DNA of 64,000 bases from Squalus acanthias. Lineage: Eukaryota. Made by a program: the position numbers and the translations under genes. Where the stretch lies: NCBI GenBank assembly GCA_030390025.1, contig CM059432.1, positions 84,818,001-84,882,000 of the forward strand, in the 5' to 3' direction. This document shows positions 59,641 to 64,000 of the stretch, piece after piece (positions within the stretch are counted from its first letter, which is position 1; each line of letters starts with the position of its first letter). Under the pieces are notes generated by a model. It was not told the origin of the DNA and searched no databases. It saw only the letters and a list, made by a program, of their open reading frames with translations.

Positions 59641-60301
59641 GGCCCTGATATTTATAGGAAGGGTTCGGGTGAGGCTGAAGATGCCGAGATCCTGCAGCTA
59701 TTAACGGCAGGGCATCATTAACATCTTGCAGCTCTGCCTCCCAGCCGGACAAATGGATAGCCTGGCTGGCGGGCGAGAAAGAATACCAGTGACAGAAGGC
59801 CGCAGTCGGCGACCCTTGGGGACGGTCCCCGGTGGTGGGTGGGCAATTGGGATGGGGGGAAGGAAGCTCCAGTCGGAAATCGGAAGTGGGGGGGAGGCCT
59901 GTGATCGGGAGAGCTGGGGGCTGAGGCTGCAGGTCAGGGCTGGGGGTGCTGAGGGCTTCCTTGAGGAGCCTAGGGGTTAGCACGCCTGCTCCTCCTGGCC
60001 CACAAAGAATGCTTGGGGATCCGGCATCTCCGCCTCCATTTCACTGCCGAGTTTCATGACCCCTAGGGCGGGAAACCACTTGCAGCACGAGTTAATTTCT
60101 AATCAGGCTCCCATTCGCACTGTGGGAGCCTGATTTAAATATATTAGTAAGCGTCCCGCCTCCGTGGTGGGACACTCAGGCACCCAGATATCCGGCGGCG
60201 TAAAAATGGCAAAGGGTGCAACGGGGTTCGGTTCTGCAAATTTCACCTTTTAATCCTCCCCGACTTTCTCCTGCCCGTCATGGGGGGTTAATATTGAGGC
60301 C
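59641..60301. mobile_element. Harbinger-type MITE
   Basis: GGCCCTGATATT / AATATTGAGGCC, ATT TSD. Confidence 0.75.
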
Positions 60302-61439
60302 ATTTTGTCAGAAAACAATGGCATTACTGTAAGTTACTTTTCTCCTGACAGTTTTTTAAGAATTGCATATATGAAGCTATGTGGTTTAAATTTGCTAAAC
60401 AATGAAAAAGAGATCTGCAACTTACTGCACATCTGAAGTCAACAATTAACAGTGTTACTGAGTACTGTATTCCTATATATTATCCTGGACAATTGCTCTA
60501 TCTATAAAGAGTCACCCATGTGTTAGGTAGTTGCTGAAAGATGGACTAACAGATATACTAATAGTATAAATAGTAACACATATTATACTTTCATCTCATA
60601 CATATCATAGGAGCAGAGTGCACCATTTGTATAGATGAGTACATTTATACAGCAGCAGTTCATGTATGGGGCGATGGACATATTGATCCTGCTATGGTTA
60701 CAAGCTTGTGCCATTCATAAACATAGCTCCTTTATTATATTACACATTTTACAGTGTATGTGTGCAAAACTGAATAGTGAGACACACACAAAAGCTATTC
60801 AGCACTAGATCAGACTGAACCATCAGCCAGTACCCAGTTGGGCGATTGCAGGCACTGATGTGCTCCACTGCATCGGATTTCTGCTCCCCGTAAAATGCGG
60901 CAGGAAAGACTGAGGCCTGCAACATATCTAATGGGCTCAGCACAGCCCATGAAACTGGCCAGCGCAAAAGGTCACTTGGAACCTCTGCACAAGCCCATTA
61001 GGGCCGTGAAAATTATTCCAATTAGGGGGCCTCCTCATAATGTGACTGGGGCACTTGAGCAGCACTCTAGTCACACAGCTGCCAACATCTCTGTTCTTTT
61101 CATAATAATCTTATGTAATCAATGTAAGGGACACTGAAGGGAAAAACATTTCCCTTTCTTCCTCCCCTTTCGCCCTGTTTCCCACCTTGCCACACTCTCC
61201 TCTCACGAAAACCTCCCAGAGCTCCTGACAGTATATTGAAGTCAGCTGACCTTGCATTATTAGGCAGACACACAGAGCCCCTGGAAAGTTCTGCCACAGG
61301 GACCTCATGATCAGCTCCAGCACGTACTGTCCAATAACTCATACAGTTATGCATATGTTTGAATGTTATAATCTGTGCAATAATAGTTAAGCAATTTTAG
61401 CCTAAAAATGAGAAGGCACAACCCTCTGACTAAAAGACA

Positions 61440-62750
61440 CGGCTGCTACCCAAATGAAAAACTAAATTTACCCGCCACTAAATTCGACTCCGTAGTGCCT
61501 GTTTTTTTGGCGCTACGGGTGCTGATTCAGGTCCAAAATGGCATCCGAGGAGCCCACTTCTGGTGCAGGCCGCACTGGATGCCATTTTGAGTAGGTCATT
61601 AGCGTGGGCACTGGGAGCATGCACTGGAAGTATGCAGAATATGCAGATCATGATGTTAATCAGCGTGCAACACTGATGTGACACCAGTGCTGCCATTTTC
61701 AACTGCAATGCTCCAGCTAATGCCCTCTCAAAGACGCACAGCTGAACATGCATTCAGCAGCAGGAAGTACCCACTGCCAGTGCTATTTAAAGGGATCATC
61801 AACTGCTTTCAGGTTAGTTGCTGATTGATTTCTACTGGCTCTTCGTGAGTTTGTACAAGTGATTGGTGGTTTGTTATCTTATTTGAAGTTGCTGAAGTGT
61901 CCAGGGAGTGGTGTGGCAGGTTACTTCAAGGCATCTGCTCAGACCAGTTGCTCCCAAACATGGGTGCAATAGTTTGCATCCACCTTGTCCTGCAAGAGAG
62001 AGGGCAGTGGTCAGTGAGTGTGGTGCAATGTGTTTGGGTGATGTGCCTGTCATAGTTGAATAGCTGGCAGTGTGTGCAAGCTGTAAGATGTGGGTGTGAG
62101 GCTTGCAACAGTGGTAAGTGTGTGAGGGTGAGGTGAAGTTATGAATGTGCGGTATGAATTGTGATTGATAGAGATTGTTGGTAGGTGAGTGAAGGGGGTG
62201 GTGTTGAATTGAGCAGTGTGTGAGCTTAGTGGTTCAGTTGTAAGGATATGGCATTTGAAGATGAATTCACTGACCATGACCATTCGTGTGAGGTCATTAA
62301 ACTTTTTGTGGCGATGCATCCAGGTCCTCGGGGCTACACTGCTGGAATTGACTGTGATGACTATCTGCTCTCATTGCCTTGTCACAGTTTGTCTGGAGGG
62401 CCTCCTGGCCCCCTATGTTAAAAACTAAGAGGGCTAAAAATTAGATTGCCCCCAAAAACTGGCATGAGGATTGTGATGCAGCCAGAATGCACCACCCCTT
62501 TAAGAGGTGCAGGCTGGCTTTAATAAGTGCAGGCTAGCTTTAATTGGTGCTAGCCTCGCACAAACTTGGGCCCTCTGCTGAGCGTGCAGCTACTCAGCAG
62601 CGCGTTCAGCACTGGGCTGCATGCCACAATCATTATAATTAGCAGGCAGCACGAAGTTTGCATGCTACTTGCATTACTTTGAACGGGCATGGGTTGATTG
62701 TGCATCGCGATCCCCATGCCTGTTTTTGGGGGCAATCTAATTTTTAGCCC
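61440..62750 (-). mobile_element. Deleted Harbinger derivative with Myb remnant
   Basis: KKFNDLTRMVM donor region at ~62270 and ttgcag|GACAAGG acceptor at ~61990; right TIR AATTTTTAGCCC; left boundary uncertain. Confidence 0.6.
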
Positions 62751-63312
62751 TCTTAGTTTATAACATACAAATTCAATGCTGTTTTATTGTGATGGATTTT
62801 GGCGGGCTCCTGAAAGTAGGCATGCTAAGCTCCTTTTAAATATGATCCAGGTTTTTTATAAATTGAAACAATCTAGGTGAAGTGTCCAGACCCATAGAAC
62901 AGCACACCACTGGGCAGAACAGAGCTGGAGAGAAGATAAGGCAAATCTTTAAGAAGTGATTATGTTGTTGATATTTTCAATGACTTTATCTATTTACAAG
63001 CACACATTCAGAGAATTATATATTTGAACCCATAGACCACTTTGTTTACCCACATTCATCAGTGTCTTTCCATTCAGTGTATACTCCCATTCCTTGTATT
63101 TCCTCCCAAAATGTATTACCTCACACTTATCCAAGCAAACTTATATCTGGTGCCTGTCTGCCCATTCCTCTAACCTGCCTCTGCCTTCTTGAAATCTTTC
63201 CAGTCATTCTCAGTTTACTAAGCCAAACATATTCTATGCCCTAATAAAAACAGAAAATGCTGGAAATACTCAGCATGTCAGGTAGCATCTGTGGCAAGAG
63301 AAACAGAGTTAA

Positions 63313-64000
63313 TGGCCGCGATCTCAGAGCGGCGGCGGACCTGCGGGAAACCAGGCGGCGGCGGCAAGACTCAAAAGAGGCGGCAGAGACCAGGTAGACG
63401 TACCAATCTCCGAGCTCAGAGGGAGGGAGAGAAATAAAAAGTAATCGAAGTGTGACATCACCAGAAAGCAGGTAAGTGATTGGTTGGTGAGTATTTCTCT
63501 CTTTTTAAACTTAAACTCTGTGGTTTATAGTTTCTAAGCTCTCTGTGGTTTAGCGGGGACTGTTGGTAAACCAGGGCCCTTATGTATATCATTTAACTGT
63601 AGTGTAATTGGTGGGATTGATTTGATTTAATTTAATTTGAATTAATTAAAGGGTAAGTCATGGCAGGAGAGCTCGGCCCCGTGGTATGCTCCTCCTGCGC
63701 TATGTGGGAACTCAGGGACACTTCCTGTGCTCCTGACAACCACGTGTTCAGGAAGTGTATCCAGCTACAGCTACTGGCAGACCGCATTATGGCGCTGGAG
63801 CTGCGATTGGATACATACTGGACCATTCGCGATGCTGAGGACGTCGTGGATATCACGTTTGAGCAGTTGGTCACACCGCAGGCAAAGGATGCACAGGCAG
63901 AAAGGGAATGGGTGACCAACAGACAGAGTAGTAGGCGCAGGCAGGTAGTGCAGGAGTCCCCTGCGGACATCCCCCTCTCAAACAGATATACCACTTTGAA
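63313..64000 (+). mobile_element. CR1 LINE 5' end (5' UTR and ORF1 start at 63660), continues beyond window
   Basis: ATG 63660 MAGELGPVVCSSCAMWE...LQLLADRIMALELRL, homologous to ORF1 at 5628-5924; 5' UTR matches 10167-10215. Confidence 0.88.

Noticed and set aside
59564..64000. Further upstream TRPA1 exon (and the downstream S4-S5 exon in 1-11077)
   Set aside because: No matching peptide with splice sites found by eye; presumed outside the window, though a diverged exon could have been missed

Overview
Vertebrate genomic DNA, most likely from a cartilaginous fish (inferred from the repeat families: shark-type CR1 LINEs with esterase ORF1, Deu-domain SacSINE1/AmnSINE1-like SINEs, Penelope elements, many Harbingers). 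The window lies inside one host gene, TRPA1, on the minus strand. Nine GT-AG exons (59563 down to 11078) splice into one open frame running from the last ankyrin repeats through the electrophile-sensing coupling domain and pre-S1 to S1-S4; the remaining exons lie outside the window. The introns are mostly nested transposable elements: CR1 LINEs, a second LINE family, L2, SINEs, a near-intact two-gene PIF/Harbinger transposon with decayed relatives and MITEs, a hAT MITE, and Penelope elements with minimal hammerhead ribozyme motifs. I found no wholly new gene system. The most notable structures are a Penelope with a ~205 bp inverted repeat and hammerheads 34 nt from a TRPA1 splice donor, a ~98 bp hammerhead mini-element with a 12 bp TSD, an inverted MITE pair enclosing a TRPA1 exon, and a fold-back duplication of a transposon end plus its flank. 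All coordinates and alignments were read by eye, and human TRPA1 comparisons are from memory.
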